DNA from: Octopus vulgaris
Lineage: Eukaryota
NCBI GenBank assembly: GCA_951406725.2
Contig: OX597814.1
Span: forward strand, 51,708,001-51,772,000
DNA length: 64,000 bases
Direction: 5' to 3'
Shown: positions 1 through 12,770 of the stretch, piece by piece
Position numbering within the stretch: the first letter of the stretch is position 1
How the letters are laid out: every line of letters begins with the position of its first letter
Program-made: the position numbers and the translations under genes
The notes under the pieces: generated by a model
The model's database searches: none
Seen by the model: the letters and a program-made list of their open reading frames with translations, nothing else
Told to the model about the DNA's origin: nothing

Positions 1-2936
1 AAGGGTGGCTGAGGTCGCAAAGAGGGTGAGGGGAGGGTGAGAGATGGATATAAACATGGGGTGAAGGTAGTATGAAGTATATAGGATGTAAAGTAGAGAA
101 TGATAAACAGGAGCAGGAGGCAATCATTGATGAATATGAGTGGAATGAAGAACTATAAAGTTAATGGACAAATGTCAGTTGGGAGTACCTTGGAAGAGAA
201 AGGGTAGTGATTGGCAGGACGAAATTGATGATATGAAATGGTTTTTAGTTTTAGGCTCTTTGTTCATTATTTACGTCCCCCAGAATAAGACAGTAGATAG
301 GAAAGTGATGGGGGGATTGAGTGATAGAGAGAAGATGGGTGCAATTAAAGGATGCAAGAGTGACAGGGTGGGAGAGTGAGAAATGAATAAAATAGTGGAG
401 TCAGATAATGGTAAAAATGATGGCAAATATGTGTAGGTAAGGGGAATACATACAGGAATAAAAACATGTAAATAAATGAATAAATAAATAAATATGTATT
501 ATAATGCAAGTGACTGAGTATTCTACAGATACATACACTTTGTAGTTTTCAGGAAGAATCAATGTGACAAGATTGTCCTTTTCAAATACATGTACAGTCC
601 ATCTGATAGGCTTACAGTTTCTATCAACCCAATTTCACTCATAAGGCTCAAGCCAACCTGAGTTTGTCATGAAGGATGCTTGCCCAAGATGTCATCTAAT
701 AGGATTCAAGCTCATGATTGTGAAGTTAACTTCTTAACCACTTGGTTAAGTAAGTGAGAGTTAAGACTTATAGGCAGAAAAAGCTGATAGTGCTAGCCTT
801 TATTTTTCCTTTAACAGATGATACTAACTTTCATTGAATGCAGTTTATTTATTTATATAAATGTTGGAGTGATCGATGAAATGTTTCAGAATAATGTCAG
901 TTTCATTTCTACGTCTAAATACTGGCAGAATAATTTTTATCTTGTATTCTGGAATTTATCAAGAAGATTATTATCAAACAGTAGGCTTAATTCAGCTGGT
1001 TATACCCTTCCATTCAAAAATGTAAGACCATGCATCAATATAAAAAAATCATTTGTTTCTAATCATAAGAATACTGAATTAACAGAATCAGTAGAGTACT
1101 GAACCAAAATGTGTTGGTGATTGTTATATCTCTATGTTCAGTTTCAAATGAGGTTAACTTTGCTTTCATTCCTTAGGAGGTAGATAAAATAATTAACAGC
1201 CAAGTACTGGATTCAATATGATTGACTGTTCCGCCCAGCCATCAAATATTGGATTGTGTCTATGTTACAAACCATTAATTATTAACATATGAATTTAGAA
1301 TTTCTCTAAGGAATATATACATCATATATTCATATCTCTACTTTCTATACAATTGCCTACCCACGAAATATTTGACCTTGTATCTGAGTTAGAAACCATT
1401 ACTTATAGACATAAGAATTTAAGATTTCTCAATGGAATATACCCTTCATTTATTTATTTTTCTGTTTCCTATACAACTTTCTATTCAATTGTTTTAATCA
1501 GATAAAAACTGGATAAGTCCATTTTAATGTTAAAACTTCATTTCTATATTTTTCTTTTGTGTTTGTAGCTTTTAGCATTTTGAATTAAAACTCTCAAACG
1601 TGTATAGGTCAATTTGAAGAGATATAAGAAATTTGATATACTAGTCTACCATGTGATGTTGTTGTGAGAGTAGCTTTTCTTCAATGAATAAAGTTCAGAG
1701 TCTGCTCTGGAATTTCGTTGAACAAGGAAATAACTGTCAGAAACTTCAGCAAGCATAGCATACTTTTACCATTTTCAAAAAATTCTCACATCAAGCAGAG
1801 AATTTAGGATACGCTATACATTTACAAGTAGTAAACATGTCTGTATATGTATATATGTATGTACGTATGTATGCATGCTTGTATTCATATATGTATACAC
1901 ATGTGTATGTTTGTGTATGTGTATGTATGTATCTATGTATTTATGTATGAAATATATATACAAGAAATTGTAGTATGTATGCATGTATATATGTTCTTTT
2001 TCTTTGAGTTAAGTAAGTTCTTCTTAGAGTGTTCGAGCCAGTCACTAACAAAGTAATGACTTTTTAGTTAAGAGAGTTTCTGGTGTTTGTAAAAATGCAG
2101 CTGAGTTGGGTGCTGGTTGAGCTATTGATGCACACATCTATTCACTTAAAGGATCTCAGATGGAGAATCATTGAAATGTCTTATCATTGTCCCATTAATA
2201 GAGTGGATTTGGAAAATCTGCATAAATTTCTTTTGCTCTTTCTATAAAAAACTTGGTATTTAAAAGTTTTTGTGTAAATTTGTAGGTACATAGGCTAATG
2301 CATCTAATGATGATAGGTATAAATGAGAATTTATAGTGAGGGTAGGGTACAATAGCTGTAAATTCTGCATTAATTCATTATGACCATTATCATCATCATT
2401 TAACATCTGTCTTCCATGCTGACATGGGTTGGACATTTTGACAGGAGCTGGAAAGCCAGGGGACTGCACAAAGCTCCACTATCTGTTTTGGCATGGTTTT
2501 TACAGCTGGATACCTTTCCTAATGCCAACCTTCTTGTATTTATGTATGTGTGTATGTATGTATGTATGTATGTATGGATGTATGTATGTATGTATGTGTG
2601 TGTGTGTGCAAGCATGCGTGTGTGTGTGCATGTGTGTGTAGGGATTTCTCCACCTGTATACTGGCAAGGGGAACGAATGCAGTCAACTTCTGAATAAAAG
2701 AGGTATATTTCATTAAAAAGATGACACCCAGCCTTAACCACTGCAATAGATTTAACGGCTAGAGATTCATGTACTGCTTCCAGGCCCTTTGACCAACGCC
2801 AGTAATAACCACCATAAAAACATAGAACATCTGATGAAGGATCTTTGATCCCAAAGCGCTAACGAATGTGAACTTAACTGAACAACTGGTAACAAGGCTA
2901 TACACAGGTCACATACTTCTTTCTTTCTTTCTTTCT

Positions 2937-2997
<61 letters not shown>

Positions 2998-3269
2998 GAA
3001 AATTTTAGGTATTTTCTTTTTCTGCATTTTCCAAAAACTTCTTTGAAGGTTTTTTTGAAGTTTATGTATCCTATTAAAATCTCACCCTTCCACACTCACC
3101 ATCTGTCTTGTTCATAAATGATTTTGACTTCAGTTAACTTCTCTTGACTTAGCTTAGCTTACCCTGATTTATTCAGATAAAATATTTCACCCTCTTCTTT
3201 CACCTTCTCAACCTTTCCTGCTAACAGCATTACCCTGTTGTCTTTCTAGACTATGACTATGTTGCCTGA

Positions 3270-6261
3270 GATACACCAGCCTACCAGCCACCTACCGATC
3301 GGGCCAAGATACCAGCCAAATTGACTACATCCTTGCCAGGCAAAGGGAGAGATGGCTACTTATAAATGCCAAAACCTTCCCAGGCGAAGAATGTACCCCA
3401 CAACATAGACTGGTAGTTAGTGACTTTAGGATCAGGACTAGGAGGACAACCAGAAGATGACCAACATGGAGAAGAAGGATCTGGAAGCTTAAAGATCCTG
3501 CGAATGGACAGAGATTTAGGGACATGCTACTTGAAGCCTTTGACAAAGTAGAAGGGGATAGAGTATCACATGGGGTAGAGGGCAACTGGACGTTTCTAAG
3601 GGACAACCTGCTGAGAGCCACTGACCAGATCTGTGGCTGGTGCAAAGTCCCCTCTCGTCCCAAGGTAGCGTGGTGGTGGAACAGTGTTGTAGACAGGGCT
3701 ATTAGAGAAAAGAGACAGACTTGGAAGCACTGGAAGAATGGTGGTAGCAGGGAATTGTATCAGACTGCTAAAAGGGAAGCTAGGAGACAGGTCTATCTAG
3801 CCAGAGGGGAAGCAGATAAGAAAAATTTGCCAATGTTCTGCACCGTGAGGACCAAAGACTGGAGGTGTTTCGCATTGCAAGACAGTGTGTGAGAGTGAAT
3901 TGTGATGTGGTAGGAGAGAAGTGTGTTCGCATGGAAGATGGTTCACTTGCGCTAAATGAGGATGCAAAGAGAGAGGTTTGGAGACGCCACTATGAAAGGT
4001 TGCTGAATAAAGAGAATGAATGGGATAAAGAGAGTCTGCCGAATGTTGACCCAACAGAGGGACCAGCTATCAGAGTTGATAGTTCCTTGGTAGTTAAGGC
4101 AATTAGAAGCATGAAGACAGGGAAAGCCCCAGGCCCATCAGGTATCACTGCAGAGATGCTCAAAATATCTGGTAGTGTCGGCTATAGCCTAGTCACCCGT
4201 ATAGTTAATCAGGTGATACACGAAGGAGTCATACCCAATGACTGGTGTAGCATCATAATAGTCAACTGCTACGAAGGTAAAGGTGATGCCCTAGATACAA
4301 ATAATTACAGAGGTATCAAGCTGTTGGATCAGGTAATGAAGGTTACAGAGAGGGTCATAGCCCAACTAATTAGAGAGAGAGTTAGTTTAGATGAGATGCA
4401 GTTTGGGTTTGTGCCAGGGAAAAGGAACACTGATGCTATATTCCTGATAAGGCAGCTGCAGGAGAAATACCTAGCCAAAGATAAGCCCCTGTACCTGGCT
4501 TTTGTTGACATGGAGAAAGCCTTCGACAGGGTCCCCCGATCCCTTATCTGGTGGTCAATGAGGAAACTAGGGATAGATGAATGGTTAGTGAGAGCTGTGC
4601 GAGCCATGTACAAGGACGCTGCTAGTAAGGTGGGGGTTGGCAACGAGTACAGTGAAGAATTCCGGGTAGAGGTAGGGGTCCACCAAGGCTCAGTCCTCAG
4701 CTCCCTCCTATTTATCATAGTCCTCCAGGCAATAACGGAGGAATTCAAGACAGGATGCCCCTGGGAGCTCCTCTATGCTGATGACCTTGCTCTAATTGCT
4801 GAGTCACTATCAGAACTGGAGGAGAAGTTTCAGGTGTGGAAGCAAGGTTTAGAATCGAAGGGCCTTAGAGTCAATCTAGCTAAAACCAAAGTCGTAATAA
4901 GTAGGAAGGTAGACCAATCACAAACGCCTTCAGGTAGATGGCCCTGCTCGATCTGTAGAAAAGGTGTAGGTAGAAACTCTATAAGATGCACCAAGTGTAA
5001 GCTATGGACACATAGAAGGTGCAGCAATGTCAAAGGAAGGCTAACTAGGAAGATGGTTTTTGTATGTGGCAGATGCTCGGGAGCATTAACCTCTGAAAAT
5101 CTGCAGAAAACAACTTCCGTCACTTTCCAGGGGGAAAAACTAGAAGTAGTTGATAGCTTCCGTTATCTTGGTGACTAAGTCAGGAGTGGGGGTGGGTGTG
5201 CTGAAAGTGTAACAGCTATAGTAAGAATAGCCTGGGCAAAGTTTAGGGAGCTCTTACCTCTGCTGGTGACTAAAGGCTTCTCGCTCAGAGTAAAAGGCAG
5301 ACTGTATGATGCATGTGTACGAACAGCCATGCTACATGGCAGTGAAACATGGGCCGTGACTGCTGAGGACATGCGTAAGCTCGTGAGAAATGAAGCCAGT
5401 ATGTTCCGATGGATGTGTAATGTCAGTGTGCATGCTCGACAGAGCATTAGTACCCTGAGAGAAATGTTGGACCTAAGGAGCATCAGTTGTGGTGTACAAG
5501 AGAGACGATTGCGCTGGTATGGTCATGTGGCGAGAATGGATGAAGATAGGTGTGTGAAAATGTGCCAATCCCTAGCAGTGGAGGGAACCCGTGGAAGAGG
5601 TAGACCCAGGAAAACTTGGGACGAGGTGGTGAAGCATGGCCTTCGAACTTTAGGTCTCACTGAGGAAATGACCAGCGACCGAGACCTTTGGAAATATGCT
5701 ATGCGTGAAAAGACCAGGCAGGACAAGTGAGTCCAGCCCACTTATGCATGCCTTTCCTCCCTTGGACACACAAAGACCTGTTGAGGCAAGCGAAGTCGAT
5801 ATCGAACCTCATCCGACGACAGGCACCTATGCCAACACCCCTTTGCTTGCGAAGACCTGTTGGGGCAAGTGAAATCGAAATTGGAATCGAAATTGAACCA
5901 ATCCTATGACTGGCACCTGGCAGATGCCAGGACCCCTGGACTGGAGATACGTAAAGCACTATCCGAATCGTGGCCGATGCCAGTGCCGCCTCGACTGGCT
6001 TCCGTGTCGGTGGCACGTAAAAAGCACCATCCGAATCGTGGCCGATGCCAGCCTCGCCTGGCACCAGTGCAGGTGGCACGTAAAAAGCACCCACTACACT
6101 CACGGAGTGGTTGGCGTTAGGAAGGGCATCCAGCTGTAGAAACATTGCCAGATAAGACCGGAGCCTGGTGCAGCCTTCTGGCTTCCCAGATCCCCGGTCG
6201 ATCCGTCCAACTCATGCTAGCATGGAGAACGGACGTTAAACGATGATGATGATGATGATGA

Positions 6262-6263
<2 letters not shown>
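3270..6263 (+). mobile_element. RTE-clade LINE, 5'-truncated: C-terminal AP endonuclease, RT, PHD-like finger, 3' UTR with (GAT)n tail; frameshift and premature stop
   Basis: SQIDYIL..QHRLV (APE end, ~3300-3420); ORF 3865-5178 with GKAPGPSG, QFGF, FVDMEKAFDRV, GVHQGSVLS, LLYADD; C-terminal RRLRWYGHV..RGRGRPRKTW (RTE-type); 3' tandem trinucleotide tail. Confidence 0.95.
3865..5178 (+). pseudogene. Reverse transcriptase ORF remnant of RTE LINE (437 aa open stretch)
   Basis: Non-LTR RT motifs incl. YADD; bounded by a frameshift upstream and TAA at 5176. Confidence 0.92.
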
Positions 6264-6304
<41 letters not shown>

Positions 6305-6799
6305 CACACACACACATACATATATATATACATATATATATGCATAGATATATAAATATATCAACATCACCACCACCACTATCATCACCATCATCATCAT
6401 CATCATTATCATAAGGTTTGACAGGATCTGATGTGTCCAAGGACTGCATCAAGCTCCAATGTCTGCTTTGGCATGGTTTTTATGGCATCACGGAGTGGTT
6501 GGCATTAGGAAGGGCATCCAGCTGTAGAAACACTGCCAGATCAGACTGGAGCCTGGTGCAGCCCCTGGTTTCCTAGACCCCAGTCGAACCGTCCAACCCG
6601 TGCTAGCGTGGAAAACGGATGTTAAACGATGATGATGATGATGATGCCCTTCCTAATGCCAACCATGTCCTGTGTACCAAATTGCACTTACAATGAGTAT
6701 AATCTGGTTGTCAATATGTGACATCATGGAATTAATCTCAGAACCAATTGATTATTTATTTTATTGAATTTATTCATTCTTTATCTATTCCTTTCTCTC

Positions 6800-7004
6800 T
6801 TTTTACTTGTTTCAGTCATTTGACTGCGGCCATGCTAGAGCTCCACCTTTAGTCGAACAAATCAACCCCAGGACTTATTCTTTGTAAGCCCAGTACTTAT
6901 TCTATCGGTCTCTTTTGCCGAAATGCTAAGTAACGGGGACGTAAACACACCAGCATCGGTTGTCAAGCAATGCTAGGGGGACAAACACAGGCACACAAAC
7001 ATAT

Positions 7005-7040
<36 letters not shown>

Positions 7041-7212
7041 ACAAATACGACAGGCTTCTTTCAGTTTCCATCTACCAAATCCACTCACAAGGCATTGGTC
7101 TTCCTGAGGCTATAGCAGAAGACACTTGCCCAAGATGCCACACAGTGGGACTGAACCCGGAACCATGTGGTTTGTAAGCAAGCTTCCTACCACACAGCCA
7201 CCCCTGCGCCTA
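6800..7212 (-). mobile_element. tRNA-derived SINE family A (CORE-like central region, internal TA/CA microsatellite)
   Basis: Minus strand reads ggcgcagg..tggctgtgtggtaggaagc (A box)...ggttccgggttcagtccc (B box)...cttgggcaagtgtcttct; other copies at ~600-745, 8685-8790, 12265-12655, 22660-22790, 33650-34020, 45425-45560, 51958-52440. Confidence 0.85.
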
Positions 7213-7394
7213 TGAAGCTAACACAGAGAAAAACAGGTGATTGACTCATCAAGGTAGAAGACAACCAGTTATGAGCTTGGCAGTTTATTTGTTGCTTTAC
7301 AATGCTGGACTGGCCATGTTGTTAAGAATTTTCAAGCTTCACAATTACTTGATTTTACTATGTAACACCTTTGGCAAGTGCCTTCTACCATAGA

Positions 7395-7621
7395 CAGAGT
7401 TTGATTCATTGGGCCCTTTAAGATTAAAAAAAACCATTAAATTTAACTGGATCCCTCTGAATCTACCAAGGCCATTTAAAGTTTTGGGACCTCTTCAAAC
7501 TGTTTGGTGCCCTTAAATTTAATGCCTTCTTTATTATCATGTTATGTTTTGAATTAACAAAATTATAGGGGTCTCAAAACCTATTGACCCAGGAGCTCCA
7601 CTAGGTCTGAATCCAGCTCTG
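7395..7621. mobile_element. hAT-type MITE inserted in a SINE
   Basis: TIRs CAGAGTTTGATTCA / TGAATCCAGCTCTG (12/14), 8-bp TSD accataga / actataga; SINE sequence resumes on both sides. Confidence 0.75.
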
Positions 7622-8939
7622 ACTATAGACCTGGGTCGACCTAAGCCTTCTAAAGGAAATTTGATTTATAGAAACTGTACATAAACCTATCAGATGATTT
7701 GTGCTTTGTTTCAGGATCTCTATCATATCATTAATGGTGCCTATAAACTGCAGTTAGTACACAAGCAACAACAAAAGATTAAAAAATTTTCCCAAAGTTA
7801 TTTAAAACTGTATGATAAATTCAATCCATTTATTGTAATCTATTTTTATTGTATATAATACAATAAAAAGAGGTTGTCACAACAATGCAGTTTTCAAAAA
7901 TATTAGCATCTTTTCTTAAAGCCTAGTGCACAATGAACAGTCATAGCTATGAAACTAAAATGTAAGAATAATGTTATCTAATATTGTATGAGTCAGGTGA
8001 TTTGGCTAAGTGATAATGCTAAAAACAATGCAACTTAGATAAATACTTGTTCAAAAATGGAAATAAATATAATGCAGCTCTGTAATCCACTGTAATGAAA
8101 TTACTTAGATTATTGTTCTGATTAAACTAATCATAAAACACTTGTCAAAAAAGAAAAATATTACGAATTTCTGATTCTCCAACTTATTATCTTCTTGACA
8201 AAACTACCAGCTTTTTTTATACAACTACCAGCTTTTTTTATACAACACATCTGTGATGATTAAGGATCCTTCACTGCAAATTACCATCGTTTTAACATCA
8301 ACTTTTCCAATGGAATTTACTGAGACAGATTTTCTACAGCCAGATATCCTTCCTGTGATTGACCCTCACCTGTTTCCAAGTACAGTAATACTTCTCCATG
8401 GCTGAACATGTTCTTGCAGAATATTAGAAATTAATGTCACTGCTTGTATGACAGTGACAATCATTTGCAACTATCATGTGATGTCAAGACAAAGAGACAC
8501 AAGCATACTCACTCATATACTCACCCACACACACATGCATATACATCATCATCATCATCATTTAACATCCCTTTTTCTATGCTGACCTTTTTTCTGTGTG
8601 TGTGTGTGTCTGTGTGTCTATGTGTATAATGTATGTATGTATATATGCATGTATGCATAGATGTCAGTATGTATTATATATACAATGGGCTTCTTTCAGT
8701 TTTCATGTACCAAATCCACTCACAAGGCTATGGTAGCCTATAGCTATAATAGAAGATATTTGCTCAATGTGCTATACATTCACACAACTAGCAATTCATT
8801 CTTGTGTCACCCCATATTAGTTCCTGCTGAGTAAACTCATGGTATATAGGTCAAACAGTAAAGTACAACGTACTGCCTGACTACTGTTTTTGACATATTC
8901 CTCTGTCAACTTGACAGCTGCACTACATATACTGAGATG

Positions 8940-10308
8940 TATTGGGTCATCCCATAAATGATGCAGTTTTTTTTTACTTCTTTTATTTTTCAAAATTGAG
9001 ATAAACAAAGTTCTTTTTTAATCTAAAATATACTCTCCTTCATTTTCTACAATGCTCTTCCATCTCTCTGGTAGATTTGCAAGGCCCCTCTTCTAAAATT
9101 CACCAGTCTGTGACAAAAAATACTCCTCCAGTACTGTTCTGACCTAGTCTACAGAATTCATATTTTCTCCATCCAAATGGTTTTGAAGACTGTGGAATAA
9201 ATGATAATCAGATGGGACAATGTCCAGCAAATATGGTGGATGGGGCATCATTTCCCATTCAAACTGCTCCAGCCTTTCAAATGTCATGCTCGCTGTATGT
9301 GGCTGAGCATTATCCTGATGGAAGAACACCTTGCACCTTGAAACCAAAGATGGTCGTTTCATTTCTAGCACTGACTTAAGCTGCTTGAGCTGCTCACAGT
9401 AGGTCCCCTTTGTTATCATTTAGTTTGGGTTTAAAAGTTCAAAGTGGACTAACCCTTTCATACCTTACAAAACAGATAACAACACCTTACGTAAGTGAAA
9501 ACTTTCTTTAGTCTGGGGTGCCAGTGTTTCTCCTTTCCCTAACCACTGTCTTCAGCACTTGACATTTTTATAGAGAACCCACTTCTCGTCACCAGTCACT
9601 ATTCGGTTCAAAAAAGGTTTATTCGTGAGATGTGACAGCAAAAAAATCACACATTCATTCTCTGCATGCGATTAGACTTGGAAAGTTTGTAAGGAACCCA
9701 TTGACCCATTTTACTAACTTTTGCAATTGCATGCAGGTGTTGATGAATGGTTGAATGACCAAATTCAAGCTTCTCTGCTAGTTCCTCAATACTTACGATG
9801 GGATTTTGTTCCACCAGACTTTGCAGGACGTCCTCATCAAGAGCTACAGATCTTCCAGGATGAGGCTTGTCTTCTAGACTGTAGTTTCTGGTTCAGAATT
9901 TCTGGAACTACCATTGACACTGGCTTACACTTATTGTTTGATCCCTATATACTACATTAATATTCCTTGCACTCTCCATTGCGTTATTGCCTTTATTGAA
10001 CTCATAAAGCAAAATATGCTGAATATGCTCCTTTGTCACTTCCATTATAGCTTTGAAAAAATAACTATTAAAATCGAACTGCACTCTTCAAGACTTGCAC
10101 TAAGACTAAGGACAGGGTAAAATTACTACCTGCTTTTATAGCAAGTTGATGCAGGTAGTAAACTACCTGCATCAACTACCAGATAGATGGAAGATCATTG
10201 TAGAAAATGAAGGAGAGTATATTTTAGATTTTAAAAAAACTTTGTTTATTTTAATTTTGAAAAATAAAAGAAGTAAAAAACCCACATTATTTATGGGGTG
10301 ACCCAATA
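8940..10308 (-). mobile_element. mariner (Tc1/mariner, D,D34D-type) transposon; defective transposase ~10045..9018
   Basis: Termini TATTGGGTCATCCCATAAAT / ATTTATGGGGTGACCCAATA; translation MEVTKEHIQHILLYEF, WVP, VTGDEKW, HQDNAQPH, HPPYLLDIVPSDYHLF; stops and frameshifts. Confidence 0.93.
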
Positions 10309-11718
10309 CATCTCAGAATATGTAGTGCAGTTGTCAAGTTGGCAAAGGAATATATCAAAAATAGTAGACAGTCAGTAGGTTGTACTTTACTATTTGACCT
10401 ATATACCATGAGTTTACTCAGTCAGAACTAATATGGTGTGACACAAGAATAAATTTGAAGTGATTTTGACATCATCAATGAACTAAAAGCTTGATGTTTA
10501 AAACTGATAATGTGTCAATTTTCAAAAACAATAGAGCAAACTATATTTATCTAAATGTAATGAGATATAAAAAGTTGGAATATTTACATCAGATTTTATT
10601 TATAATTGCATCTGTGTAAATTTAGATTGCTTTTAATCACGTCCTCCAACTGATTTAGTTAATCAATTAAACTGATAAAGTAAACACACAGAATTTTATT
10701 TTATTCATATATATATATATATCCTATAAGGTTTTATTGAAAAATATTAATAGCGTTCAGTTAATCACTATACATATCCATCATTTTCTGTTAAAATGCC
10801 TTATTGACGAGTTTCATTTCTTCACTTCCCTGAAGAGAAGATTACATTGTTTTACACCATTTTATTCCTTTGAAATAATATCAGTGATATCTTCGAAACA
10901 TGTGTCGGAAGTAAAAGAATTTGCATTACACCTGCGTTAAACTCCATTTATGTATATATATATATATATATATATTATTTAATTGTTTGTTTGTAGATTG
11001 ATACCTAATTTTCATCCTGATTTCAACTTTGGAACAAAGGGTCAATTCAAATATTTCAACATCTGACCATAAAAAATCTGACTAAATGAATTCCATCTGA
11101 TCCATGTAAGCATGGTAAAGTAGGCATTAAAACGATGATAATGAGGATGAAGATGATGATAGATGATGATAGATAGTAATGAAATGTTCAAGCACAAAAT
11201 TCTAAAATCAAAATACTACCATTAAAATATAAGGTTTAATATCAATCACAAAAAAATTTAGTTTTCTACAAACAAAGATGAGTGAACTATTGGAATCATG
11301 GAGAAAATTGTTATCAAGAAGTGGGGGGTAATAATGACTAAAAGGAATCTATAATTCTTGATTTTCCAAGATTTAAAACATATTTGAATCCTGAAAACAC
11401 TGTAGGATTCAATTCCTAATCCGATCCTGTGAACTTTTAGTTCATACAATTGGAAAAAGCACATTATTTATGGGATGACCCCCAATAGTAACTAATCATT
11501 TGGAATGCAGTTCCAGAGTCTAGACATATTGCCCTAGCTCCACTGTCCAGAGCAAACTATATTTATCTAAATGTAATCAGATGTAAAAAGTTGGAGTATT
11601 TACATTAGATTTTATTTATAATTGCATCTGTGTAATTTAGATTGTTTTTAATCACATCCTCCAACTGATTTAATTAATCAATTAAACTGATAAAGTAAAC
11701 ACACAGAATTTTATTTTA

Positions 11719-11767
<49 letters not shown>

Positions 11768-12196
11768 GTGTGTGTTTGTATGTATGCTTGCCGATTCTAG
11801 TGGTTGCTCGACAAAGGTAGGCAACAAGGACTCAGATGAAGTCTGACAATTTGTGGTTCTTCAACACTCAATGTTGGTGTGAAACCCAGCTAAGCATTGT
11901 TTGTGGGGTAGTGAAACTATTTTTGATATTGCTAGTTGTATATTGTGTGAATGTATTTTTGTTATGTTTATCTGGCTTGAGTGGGTGGCTGTGTTGATTT
12001 TAGTAGTGTTTAGGGTTGTTGTAGATAAGTTTGTTTTGATTTTGAATGATTGGACTTGCAGAGACATGAACTATAAGGATTTCAAGTTGTAGCAATGAAT
12101 TGAGCCCATAACATGTCGAGGTGATCTCAGATAACTATGATATAAAGCTGGTGGATTAAATCTTAATTTTTGTTCACATATGTATATACATACATT

Positions 12197-12245
<49 letters not shown>

Positions 12246-12264
12246 ATGTGTGTGTGTTGTTTTA

Positions 12265-12652
12265 TTCTTTTATTTGTTTCAGTCATTTGACTGTGGTCAT
12301 GCTGGAGCACCACCTTTAATCAAACACATCGACCCCAGGACTTATTCTTTGTAAGCCTTGTACTTATTCTATCGGTCTCTTTTGCTGAACTGCTAAGTTA
12401 TGGGGATGTAAACACACCAGCATCAGATGTCAAGTGATGGTGGGGGAACAAACACAGGCATACAAATATATACATATATATATATATGTTTTTATATATA
12501 TACCATGAGCTTCTTTCAGTTTCTGCAAACCAAATCCACTCACAAGGCTTTGGTTGGCCTAAGGCTATAGTAGAAGACACTTGCCCAAGGTGCCACACAG
12601 TGTGACCGAACCTGGAACCATGTGGTCAGGAAGCAAGCTTCTTACCACACAA

Positions 12653-12655
<3 letters not shown>
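12265..12655 (-). mobile_element. tRNA-derived SINE family A copy
   Basis: Colinear with 6800-7212. Confidence 0.85.
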
Positions 12656-12714
<59 letters not shown>

Positions 12715-12734
12715 ATGTATATACTGTATATATA

Positions 12735-12770
<36 letters not shown>

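Noticed and set aside
164-379. 71-aa ORF in purine-rich sequence
   Set aside because: Low-complexity GA-rich tract with no motifs or splice support.
4329-5483. Minus-strand ORFs overlapping the RTE RT (and similar antisense ORFs over other LINE copies)
   Set aside because: Antisense shadows of transposon coding sequence.
7700-8220. Protein-looking minus-strand frame (VGESEIRNIFLF...DYRAALYLFPFLNKYL)
   Set aside because: About 14 stops in ~175 codons, no better than chance at this AT content; not counted as evidence for the ghost element.
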